In this document: piece after piece, positions 1 to 8,399 of the stretch
How the letters are laid out: each line of letters starts with the position of its first letter
How positions within the stretch are numbered: position 1 is the first letter of the stretch
Source: Candidatus Poseidoniaceae archaeon
GTDB lineage: Archaea > Thermoplasmatota > Poseidoniia > Poseidoniales > Poseidoniaceae
DNA length: 64,000 bases
Assembly: GCA_036846305.1 (NCBI GenBank)
Contig: DAIUCF010000003.1
Span: 67 to 64,066, forward strand
Direction: 5' to 3'
Made by a program: the position numbers and the translations under genes
Notes under the pieces: generated by a model
Told to the model about the DNA's origin: nothing
The model's database searches: none
What the model saw: the letters and a program-made list of their open reading frames with translations, nothing else

Positions 1-1983
1 GTCCATCTGTTCAGTTTCATTCGCTTGTTTAATTGCGGAAACGGTACGTCGCATGACAGTTACCTCAGCCTGACGGAAACGATAGATACTTTGCTTCATA
101 TCACCTACAATACAGATGGTTGGGTCCCACGGCCCAAGAGGATGCTTTGGTTCATCAGCAGCCACATTACGATGACCCCAAAGTCGAGCAAGAAGTCGGA
201 AATGTGCCGGATTAGTATCTTGAAATTCATCGATGATAAACGCCCGATATTGGCGTCGTATGGATTGCAAAACTGCGAACCTTCTGTTCAAATCCTCAAA
301 ACAGTGCTGGTCTTCTGAAGCCAATCGTATTGCGCGAGCGATATGCTGGTCAGACCAAGGTTCATCGCCAAAGCCGTCCAATGCCTGAACAACATCATGA
401 GGGTACATGTGGCGGACTATATCTGGACAACGGGCGAGGGTTAAATCAGCAGCTAATCGTTGTATGTCATCGTAATCATGTACTCCTTCTTGTGCCTTCA
501 TCAAAGTGAGAATTTCCTGACATCCGCGATGAACAAGAAGTAAATCACTGAGTACACTGGTTTGTAATTCACTGGAGATTCTTAGATTTCCCGATGGTGC
601 TAAGTCATCGAATTCAACATCTATCGGAATTGCTCGCAGTTCGCAATCTTCAGGCATAAAAGGTAGATTAGATAACGGCTGAAACAAAAAGGCACACTTT
701 CCAAGTAAACGAACAAGGCGGCCTTGACGAGAGTTGAGATGCTCACGTAAACTTTCTGCCAACACACCCGCTTCTGTATGTATGCCGTCTCGTACTCCTT
801 TCGACAATGTTTTGGCTGCAGATTTACCGTAAAGGCCGGGATGCCAACCGTTTGAATGATTCACCTGTGGTAAACTCCCTTTCGGGAAAAAGTTAGGCCG
901 GTCCTGTTTGTCTAATTGGCTCCAAGAGGTTGATGCGATGGCTACTTGCCAAACCCATTGTATACACTCCACCGGGTTTTCGGGCAAAGGTTCTCTAGCA
1001 AGATTCGTCAAATGATTGAATCGAGTGCGGGATGTATCAATTTCAACTTCACAAGGTGTAACATAATCTGCGGAATATGCAAGGAAATGATCGGTCCATT
1101 GAAGGAGAAGCGTCTGTAACATTCGAGTATAATCTACTGCAATATCTTGAACGGGCTGTACAAACATATCCATTAGGATTTCATTCGCCAATGGGCTTTT
1201 CCCGTCCCAGAAGTGGCCCAAAGATTTGGCACGGTTTCCCATCGCACGGTGTGATTCCTCAACGAATAGAGATTTTCCAAGCATCCCACTAAGCACCACT
1301 GCAGCGCGTTCCTGACCTCCAAGTAAAATTGCTAATCGGTTACGGGCCGAGATGAACTCCGTAACATTACCTCGAACTCCAGCCTCTAGAGCATCAGAAA
1401 CTGTGCGGATCCTCCATGCAGATTGCAGGACTTCTCGGGTGAGTAAAGGAGAACGCTCCTCTGCAATCTGCTCTCGGCTCGGATGAATAGCGACAGAATC
1501 AAGATGGGGAGAAACAAGTTGAGAGAGAAACGCGTCAATGGTCGAAATAGGAGCCTCGTCAAGCGATGACAAAAGCATTTCAACATCTGCCTGGTCACGG
1601 ATTCTCGGGTCAAAAATCCCATCCACATCTCCCGGCTTAAGCGGGCTGGCTCGGGTTTGTGCAACCCTTGCTCGGATTCTAGATTTCAGTTCTGCTGCTG
1701 CTTTTTTGGTGAAGGTGATTGCCACTACTTCACTGGGAAGTAATGCTTTCCATTCCTTAGGACTGGTGCGCTGCTTAGGTGGCGCACGCAATGAACCATG
1801 GCCGTTTAACGGCTCTCGAGGACCTAATGGGAGAAGTAAGGCTGCTCTTTGCTCGTGAGAGAGGAGGTGCTGAACATAACGTTCTGCCATGACTGTGGTC
1901 TTTCCAGTACCCGCCCCAGCATCCAAAGCGATGTGCTTGTCGAGGTCCAGTCCGAGCCGTTGGCTACGATTGAATCGAATCAT
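1..1983 (-). CDS. SF1 UvrD/Rep-superfamily helicase, AddA/RecB-like (N-terminal ~660 aa; the 3' end runs off the window)
   Basis: Absent from the ORF track because it has no in-window stop. My own minus-strand translation from the ATG at 1983..1981 gives MIRFNRSQRLGLDLDKHIALDAGAGTGKTTVMAERYV (Walker A GAGTGKT). Near the window edge it gives FIIDEFQDTNP (motif II) and IVGDMKQSIYRFRQA (motif III, in the GDxKQSIYxFR form typical of RecB/AddA). The start ATG overlaps the TGA of the upstream ORF (ATGA). Confidence 0.85.
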   Translation of the reverse strand, partial: MIRFNRSQRLGLDLDKHIALDAGAGTGKTTVMAERYVQHLLSHEQRAALLLPLGPREPLNGHGSLRAPPKQRTSPKEWKALLPSEVVAITFTKKAAAELKSRIRARVAQTRASPLKPGDVDGIFDPRIRDQADVEMLLSSLDEAPISTIDAFLSQLVSPHLDSVAIHPSREQIAEERSPLLTREVLQSAWRIRTVSDALEAGVRGNVTEFISARNRLAILLGGQERAAVVLSGMLGKSLFVEESHRAMGNRAKSLGHFWDGKSPLANEILMDMFVQPVQDIAVDYTRMLQTLLLQWTDHFLAYSADYVTPCEVEIDTSRTRFNHLTNLAREPLPENPVECIQWVWQVAIASTSWSQLDKQDRPNFFPKGSLPQVNHSNGWHPGLYGKSAAKTLSKGVRDGIHTEAGVLAESLREHLNSRQGRLVRLLGKCAFLFQPLSNLPFMPEDCELRAIPIDVEFDDLAPSGNLRISSELQTSVLSDLLLVHRGCQEILTLMKAQEGVHDYDDIQRLAADLTLARCPDIVRHMYPHDVVQALDGFGDEPWSDQHIARAIRLASEDQHCFEDLNRRFAVLQSIRRQYRAFIIDEFQDTNPAHFRLLARLWGHRNVAADEPKHPLGPWDPTICIVGDMKQSIYRFRQAEVTVMRRTVSAIKQANETEQMD

Positions 1984-4900
1984 CAAGCATTCCCTCCAAA
2001 TTTCTCGGGATAAACAAGACGGATTGAGCTGTAGGAGTAATGTCGGCCCGGGGTTGAATTAACTTGACCTGAATTCGCCGCATTGATTGCGCGATTTGAT
2101 GTTCGTAATCGCTCAGCAATGAGGGCCCGGAATCCGTTAATCTCAGTCGATTCGGATTCCGGGTAGCGATGCAATTTTTGCGAATAAAAGGTTTGTTCGC
2201 CTATTTCTGCGTCCTGCAGGTATTTGGAAACAGACTGGTCCATCTCGAGATAATGCGCGGTCGATTCACCTATTTCAGTGACCCCAATGCCCACAACGCG
2301 GTCTCCGGGGAATGCCAATTCCCAAGACCGTGCATACAACGAGAGTTGTACTTCATCGAATAAACCTCGGCGATGACGGTCTCCTTTTTCGCCAGCCTTA
2401 GGACCATTGACGGTTTTAAGATCCCTAATCACGACAAGACGGTTCGCTGACGGGACTGGGCCAGAATTCAATGGCATAGGCTGTGAAACAGGTTCCTTTG
2501 AAAGAACGCCGTCGGCAACGGCTTTCTCTCTTTGATGTGGGTCGAGCACGATCTGGTCAACCCGATCAATCCGTCCTCGGATTTTGAACGGTGAGGATTG
2601 CCCATTATCATTGCATGCATCTAACAAAATTGGTGATTTGCCATCAAGTCCGATGCCATATTCACATGCTATCGGAGCAGCATGGGTCAAGGAATAATCC
2701 GAGAGAAGCATTCGTCCTATTCGCCCCCCGCAAGAAATCTCACTTACTCCTTCAATGTAGTCCCTCCAGACCTCTGGAGTTACTCCGAGCATCTCTCTAC
2801 AACGATGGACTGCAATTGCATCATCGCGTTTGAGCCAAGATACCTCACTCTTTAGGAATTCGAGAACTGACTGCCAAAGTTGTTCGAAATCAGTTTGATT
2901 AAGTGGAAGTGGTTTATCGATGGGAGAGGTCGCGGTTGGAACTCCATGATAGCGAAGTATTGAGGCTTCAGCATCATGCAAAATTGTTCCACGAGTCCGG
3001 TGGTCGAGATCTTCGGATTGTGATTCTTGAGCTTGGGCTTTGAGATGATTCTTCATCCAAGCCAAACGTGGACATTCAAGCCAAGATTGAATCCTACTAG
3101 GGGACCAAATATCTACCTTGATGGGGGAAGAAAAGCCCATTACTGAGTTGAGCGTTTCACTCTTCATATTGTATGGAGGAAGTGGACGTGGGTCAATGGC
3201 GGGGCCGTTTCCTCGCGACCCTTTCATGCCGAGATTTGGCCATACTTCATGTTGGTTGCTTCCTAGTAAAACCTGACTTTTCTTTGGCCGGAGATTGAGC
3301 CCGTCAGTGCTAAGTAGATATTTGCGAAGATGCCATGAGAGGTACTCATTCTTTTGTAGATTTTTATGACTTGGTTGGCGATGAAATCGGTCAAGTTGAA
3401 CGGGGACTTCGTGTGCCATGGCGACAGAATTCTTTGATAGAACACTTCCAGTAATTTGACTTCCATCCCTAAGTGCTAAACCCAAACGTTGCCGCTGATC
3501 TCGAGGACGATGCCCTGCACGTTCAGCGGAAATTATTCCATCTTGAGAAGTCATTGTAAATGGCCTAGGTGTTAACCATACCTCGCCAGATTCATCGCTA
3601 GTCCAATGCCAGCTTCGATTCAGATTCCCAGATTGGTGCGTAGATTCGGGAAGGAAATCTGGGGGTTTTTGAAGCAAGGTAATCTCACCGGCTTGCCTCA
3701 ATTCAGTGAACCATTCAGCAAGAGGTGCGCTCGGCCCTCCACCCTCTTCCTTTGACGAATCAAAAACAATGACTGTTTTGCCAGCGTTTAACAAATGGCG
3801 AAGATGGTGTCTTCCCTTACGAATAGTCAAATCCGAATGAAGCATGCCCAATCGGAGTTTCGCCTGAGCATCAAGCCATGGGACCTTTGGTGATTTCATC
3901 GCCCATGAGCCAACATCTAACCCAACCAAAAGAAAAAGATCAGCCTCAACGCCATGGGCTTCTTCGGGTTTGAGAATTTGGATTTGGCGGCTTCTGTTCC
4001 GAGTTCGGGGGAGGGTTGTATGTTTCAGCAAGTGTTCGATATATCCAATAAAATCTTGGCCATTTGAAGGGACAGATAAATTGGCCTTTTCAAGAGTATT
4101 CTGAGTCGATTTATGAGATTCGCGAAGATGTTGCAGACCTGCTATTGAACGGTCATGGCCTACAGTTCGACGTTGAAGTAATGTCCAATCAAGTTTAGAC
4201 AGTATTGTATCAAGCCACATAAAACCATCTTTTGGCCGTAAAGGAGTGGGTAGTTTTTCACCGGATGAACAACCGATTAGCTCTGCGTCTAATGCTTCTT
4301 GAGAATTCTTATCGAGAAGTGGATGCCACAATTGAGCAACACAACAGAGCCACCATTGTGTTTCTTCAAGTTCCTGTAAGGCACGTTCGCGATTTGAACC
4401 AAGTTGGGGCGTGACATTAGAAAGCGTAGAAAGCCAACGGCGCAAAGCACCTTGACCACCACGGACATGAAAGGTACGCGCTATATTCTCAAGGACATGG
4501 ATGTGCGGGCGAGGATGCCATTCTGAATTCTTAGGATGTTGTAATTCGCCAACTCCGCCGTTTGGTAAAGGGAGGCTTTGATTTTCAAACAGGGATTTTA
4601 GCTTATCAATCGACCAAGCCTCCAACCCGTCACCAATCTTCATCAACAGAGTTAGGCCAGCCAGAGACGGAATGTGTTCGAGGGTTTGTTTTTCAGAACC
4701 AGTAAGATATCCGAGAGTTTGAAGTCTTGAATTCCACATTCTTTGGTTACTATCCGCGGCACCATCAATTATAATCACCTCTCCATTCACTGATTGACGA
4801 TATTCGTGAAGAATTTCAAAAGCAGCATTAATGCTATGCGCTCGCCTATTAACGGTAATTCTGTGATAAGAAGTGTTGCGTTCAAAAGAGAGGGGGGACC

Positions 4901-5714
4901 TCCATGAACTGGATTCGTTAAATTTCCAAACTTGGTGGGGCGGCACCCACGGCGGCAGAGTTTCTTGTGATACATATTCCCAATCTCCGTCAAGTAGATG
5001 CGAACCATGGAAGCCAAGACGGAATGAGCCGGGGGTACACAATTGATGTATCGGCCGTATTGATGCAACACACTGGAGAAATGTTCGCTCGACTTCGGTA
5101 TAGTCAGGAGCAGCGTCGAGCACGATGAGGCCTTGTACATCATTGAGGGTGAATGGAGCAACATCCATCTCTTGGAATTGTTTGATCAAAAAGGGCAAAG
5201 CATGGTGAATATGTGTTCCGCCGAGTTGCTCCCCTACCTTTTTCAAAATCAAATCAAATTCCTTTGCCCCAGGATCATTCTCCCAAACCCATGGATTCTT
5301 GATTTCGGATAGTGCGCCATGCAATGATAGCAATCGTTCGGTTTGGTAAGGCGTCCATTGTCGTTGATTCTGAGGTGAAAAAAGCAAGGGTAATTCTCCA
5401 GACTCTGCCGCTTTCTTCGTACGGGCATGAATGGCAAGAAATAGACCGGCGTTGTCCTGCATAAGTGAGGGGAGACCGGTGTCTAGAATCATCAGTGAGA
5501 TAAAACGTTGAAGAGTGAGATGATGTGTCGTATCTATTGGAACATTCAAACCAGCAAGGCGATGTAATGATTGGCTCCTACTCGCCTCATTTGGATACAA
5601 AAGAACGTAGTTGTCGCATTGGCCATCGCACAAACTTCGGAAAAGCCATTCCGGTATATTTTGGCCCGGTGGGACTGCTTCAAGAGTTATCTCTGGTATT
5701 CTATTTTCGTCCAT
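1983..5714 (-). CDS. AddB-like subunit: degenerate helicase-like N-terminal region plus C-terminal PD-(D/E)XK (RecB-family) nuclease domain
   Basis: 1243-aa ORF with no Walker A near the N-terminus. The C-terminal third carries ordered RecB-nuclease motifs: SPSRIQSWLECPRLAW, RGRIDRVD, VIRDLKT, VQLSLYA. The gene order (this gene, then the AddA-like helicase, with overlapping stop/start) mirrors bacterial addB-addA. Confidence 0.7.
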   Translation of the reverse strand: MDENRIPEITLEAVPPGQNIPEWLFRSLCDGQCDNYVLLYPNEASRSQSLHRLAGLNVPIDTTHHLTLQRFISLMILDTGLPSLMQDNAGLFLAIHARTKKAAESGELPLLFSPQNQRQWTPYQTERLLSLHGALSEIKNPWVWENDPGAKEFDLILKKVGEQLGGTHIHHALPFLIKQFQEMDVAPFTLNDVQGLIVLDAAPDYTEVERTFLQCVASIRPIHQLCTPGSFRLGFHGSHLLDGDWEYVSQETLPPWVPPHQVWKFNESSSWRSPLSFERNTSYHRITVNRRAHSINAAFEILHEYRQSVNGEVIIIDGAADSNQRMWNSRLQTLGYLTGSEKQTLEHIPSLAGLTLLMKIGDGLEAWSIDKLKSLFENQSLPLPNGGVGELQHPKNSEWHPRPHIHVLENIARTFHVRGGQGALRRWLSTLSNVTPQLGSNRERALQELEETQWWLCCVAQLWHPLLDKNSQEALDAELIGCSSGEKLPTPLRPKDGFMWLDTILSKLDWTLLQRRTVGHDRSIAGLQHLRESHKSTQNTLEKANLSVPSNGQDFIGYIEHLLKHTTLPRTRNRSRQIQILKPEEAHGVEADLFLLVGLDVGSWAMKSPKVPWLDAQAKLRLGMLHSDLTIRKGRHHLRHLLNAGKTVIVFDSSKEEGGGPSAPLAEWFTELRQAGEITLLQKPPDFLPESTHQSGNLNRSWHWTSDESGEVWLTPRPFTMTSQDGIISAERAGHRPRDQRQRLGLALRDGSQITGSVLSKNSVAMAHEVPVQLDRFHRQPSHKNLQKNEYLSWHLRKYLLSTDGLNLRPKKSQVLLGSNQHEVWPNLGMKGSRGNGPAIDPRPLPPYNMKSETLNSVMGFSSPIKVDIWSPSRIQSWLECPRLAWMKNHLKAQAQESQSEDLDHRTRGTILHDAEASILRYHGVPTATSPIDKPLPLNQTDFEQLWQSVLEFLKSEVSWLKRDDAIAVHRCREMLGVTPEVWRDYIEGVSEISCGGRIGRMLLSDYSLTHAAPIACEYGIGLDGKSPILLDACNDNGQSSPFKIRGRIDRVDQIVLDPHQREKAVADGVLSKEPVSQPMPLNSGPVPSANRLVVIRDLKTVNGPKAGEKGDRHRRGLFDEVQLSLYARSWELAFPGDRVVGIGVTEIGESTAHYLEMDQSVSKYLQDAEIGEQTFYSQKLHRYPESESTEINGFRALIAERLRTSNRAINAANSGQVNSTPGRHYSYSSIRLVYPEKFGGNA

Positions 5715-6017
5715 ACTGCCCCCCCCGACATGACCACAGATGTCGACTGTTCTTGAAGGCTATCGATTGAATCGACCCAACTTCAAAACATTGGAGCCGA
5801 TTAAGATGATAGAAATAAGGAATTAACTTTTGAACGGTAGATCTGATAAAACCGCCATAGAATGGTTTGAAAAAAAAATGATCCCTCCCCGTCGTGCTAA
5901 ATTTTTCAAACGCTTATATGCTAGAACTGTAGTATACATAGATGGTAAAAGGGAGAGAAGTTCTATGTCGAGTGTATGTGTGCGAGCGGCGTTTAGGAAG
6001 ATAGAGTGCGTAGTCGG

Positions 6018-6095
6018 CTATATACTGTGGAGGGGGGTATCCGTGTATGATTACTGCGCAAAATGTTTTGATTTGATTTCTTTATATACTGTAGG
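6018..6095 (+). promoter_or_regulatory. Two direct copies of TATATACTGT(G/A)GG (TATA-box-like) in the longest intergenic region
   Basis: CTATATACTGTGG at 6018-6030 and TTATATACTGTAGG at 6082-6095. The second is embedded in TTTATATA (6081-6088), a good archaeal TATA-box match about 200 nt upstream of the tfb-like ATG. Confidence 0.3.
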
Positions 6096-6289
6096 GTGCA
6101 ATACCTTATGTTTGTGCTAACATGAATACATCATGTTTGGTAATTTTAACTCATGATTACCGTTACATTTAAATAATTGACAGTGGTTAGAGTGTATGTT
6201 GTCCGCTAAAATACCCCTTATTGCCATTTTTTGCCCCTCGGAGCATTTAGTGGCGCTAGGATTTTTTGGCGCACAAACAGAGAACAAGA

Positions 6290-7510
6290 ATGGAGATGAA
6301 AAAGATGAAAAATGATAAGAGAGATACTAACAACGAGCTAGATGACTGTGATGATTGCGGTAGTAAGAACCTGGAACGCGTGCCAAGCAAGGGTGAAGTT
6401 TGGTGTAATGACTGTGGGCTTGTCCATAACAATCAAGATGCTGACGCTAAAGATAACGGAGCCATATTGTTCGGAGAGGCATCTCACCATCATGCTGTTC
6501 GAAACGATGCAGATCGGAACAGAAACATGGGCGGCACAGGGCCAAAAATGCGTTACGGTTCACGTGGAGTCGTCAATCCTAGCAAATACTACCTGCTGGA
6601 AAAAATCGACCGCAGTTCTGTCCGAAATCCTCACCCATTTGCAAAGCGCGTGAAGCGAAATATCGAGAAATTGTACGGTCGCCACGCCCTTCACATTTTG
6701 GAATTCTTAGTCGAAATGTCATGTAAACCACTCACAGCTGAACAGGAACAAATTCGAAAGAAACAGAACAAATCCATGTACAGGCGCCTTGGTATGCCAA
6801 AGCAGTCCATTTGCCGAAAAGTGAAAGGCATCAAGGGTTCCTCAGAAGAGCAAAATGCAGTCATTATTGCAGCAGCAATTGTTGAGCTTGCCGGAGAAAT
6901 GGGCCTCATGCCTAAATTCGACCGAAGAGCAACAATGGAACAAGCAGGAATCAGCCCCAAGCAAATCATGAATGCTCGCATTAGCATCCTCAAGCATTGG
7001 AAGGCCAAGGTTTCCATGGAATGGGAAGAATTGCCTAAGCGCAAGAATGCTGACGACCGCAGAGAAGATGCTGTTGATCAGGCTATTTGGCATATCTTGG
7101 AAGGACTTGAAATGCATTACACCCCTGAAGAGTTGGAACTGTTGAGTTACGAAACCGAAGCTCGGCTCGGGCTGTTGAACGAAGGTACCAGCAATGCTCA
7201 TTCCATCAATATCGAAGCTCGAATGATTGTTTGTGTCACCATGTATGCTAGCATGAATTACTTTGGATGGCAAGCAGGAGCTGCAGACATCTTGGCCGGA
7301 GTCTTTGGACTGACCAGCAGTGGCATTCGTTCACGATATGACGCCTTAGTAAAAGATTCAGAGGCTGGCACATTCCACGACAATGGAGCATTCGATGCTT
7401 CCGTTGCTTGCTACGACCCTGCAAGTGAGATTCACAAGAAGAATGCTTTGATATCCAAACAGCGTCTCGCCAAGATATGCGCAAAGCAATCCTCCTCATT
7501 GGAATCTTAA
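6290..7510 (+). CDS. tfb: Transcription initiation factor B (TFIIB/TFB)-like protein, divergent and long
   Basis: N-terminal zinc ribbon CDDCGSKNLERVPSKGEVWCNDCGLV. Two cyclin-fold-like segments follow: NAVIIAAAIVELAGEMGLMPKFDRRATMEQAGISPKQI and ARMIVCVTMYASMNYFGWQAGAADILAGVFGLTSSGIRSRYDAL. The track ORF starts at a TTG (6266); the first ATG (MEMKKMKND) is at 6290. Confidence 0.6.
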   Translation: MEMKKMKNDKRDTNNELDDCDDCGSKNLERVPSKGEVWCNDCGLVHNNQDADAKDNGAILFGEASHHHAVRNDADRNRNMGGTGPKMRYGSRGVVNPSKYYLLEKIDRSSVRNPHPFAKRVKRNIEKLYGRHALHILEFLVEMSCKPLTAEQEQIRKKQNKSMYRRLGMPKQSICRKVKGIKGSSEEQNAVIIAAAIVELAGEMGLMPKFDRRATMEQAGISPKQIMNARISILKHWKAKVSMEWEELPKRKNADDRREDAVDQAIWHILEGLEMHYTPEELELLSYETEARLGLLNEGTSNAHSINIEARMIVCVTMYASMNYFGWQAGAADILAGVFGLTSSGIRSRYDALVKDSEAGTFHDNGAFDASVACYDPASEIHKKNALISKQRLAKICAKQSSSLES

Positions 7511-8397
7511 TTTTGACTAGTGTTGGCCCAACAACAACAGTGGCAGCACCGGCAACTCAGACCGAGGTTGGACTGCTCATTGGAGGCCAGTGGGCAGATG
7601 CTAACAGTTCGGCAGAATCAACCCTTAACTTGAGTGAATTACCTCCTATTGTCGAAGTGTACACGGCCACTTGGTGTGGGAATTGTGTTGATGTAGAGCA
7701 TGCCCTTGATGCCATTGAAAATGACTCCGGCATTCAGCAATACCACATTCATCGGGCCATCAACGAGTTGCAAGACCCTCTGGGCAGTATCGTAGTTGAT
7801 CAAAGATTCCATGACCGGTACGGCGTTTTTGCGCCTCCAGTTGTGGTCTTTAATGGTACAACCATCAAACCAGGAAGTGTAACAAGTGCAGATTCTCTCG
7901 AGGCTGAATTTACCGAACTCGCACACGTTCCTCTTCAACACGCAGGGAATTCAATGTTCATGTGGTCGCCCACTTCGAATACTACCGGAACTGTACAATG
8001 GGCTTTGAATGTCGAGAATTTGACTGCGCCTAATGGCAGTACACTTGTAGCCCAAGCATGGATTGTAGAAGATTCTGCGAACTTCAAAGACGGTACAAAT
8101 GGTTTAGAGGATTACCCTCACGTTGTCCGGGGAATACTGGAACTTGGCACATTGGAACTGAAAGATAGTCTGGTTGCAATGACGGGTAACACAAGTATTA
8201 CCCTACCTTCTGCATACGATGGTTCGGACTTATCCGTCCACTTGCTGTACCAACTAAATTATCCTGTAGACGACGCTCCGGAAGAAAATCAAAGCTCGAC
8301 AGATACCGAGGTAGAGGAAGTGGTTCCAGCAATTTCGTTGATTGGAAGTCTCGGAATACTCGCAATAGCCGCCTTTACTCGCAGACTACACGAGTGA
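7477..8397 (+). CDS. Secreted, C-terminally membrane-anchored thioredoxin-fold protein (CxxC)
   Basis: N-terminal signal-like segment MRKAILLIGILILTSVGPTTTVAAP. Thioredoxin-like active-site context VEVYTATWCGNCVDVEHAL. C-terminal hydrophobic anchor ISLIGSLGILAIAAFTRRLHE. Overlaps the tfb-like 3' end by 34 nt. Confidence 0.55.
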   Translation: MRKAILLIGILILTSVGPTTTVAAPATQTEVGLLIGGQWADANSSAESTLNLSELPPIVEVYTATWCGNCVDVEHALDAIENDSGIQQYHIHRAINELQDPLGSIVVDQRFHDRYGVFAPPVVVFNGTTIKPGSVTSADSLEAEFTELAHVPLQHAGNSMFMWSPTSNTTGTVQWALNVENLTAPNGSTLVAQAWIVEDSANFKDGTNGLEDYPHVVRGILELGTLELKDSLVAMTGNTSITLPSAYDGSDLSVHLLYQLNYPVDDAPEENQSSTDTEVEEVVPAISLIGSLGILAIAAFTRRLHE

Positions 8398-8399
8398 AT

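Noticed and set aside
1077-1858. Track ORFs 1077..1292 (+), 1386..1664 (-) and 1538..1858 (+)
   Set aside because: All fall within the AddA-like helicase reading frame (minus strand, open from 1983 to the window edge), which the track omitted because it lacks an in-window stop.
5830-6120. 96-aa ORF in the long addB/tfb intergenic region
   Set aside because: It has a TTG start, odd composition and no recognisable motif, and it contains the TATA-like repeats. The region is more likely non-coding regulatory DNA, although a small protein cannot be excluded.
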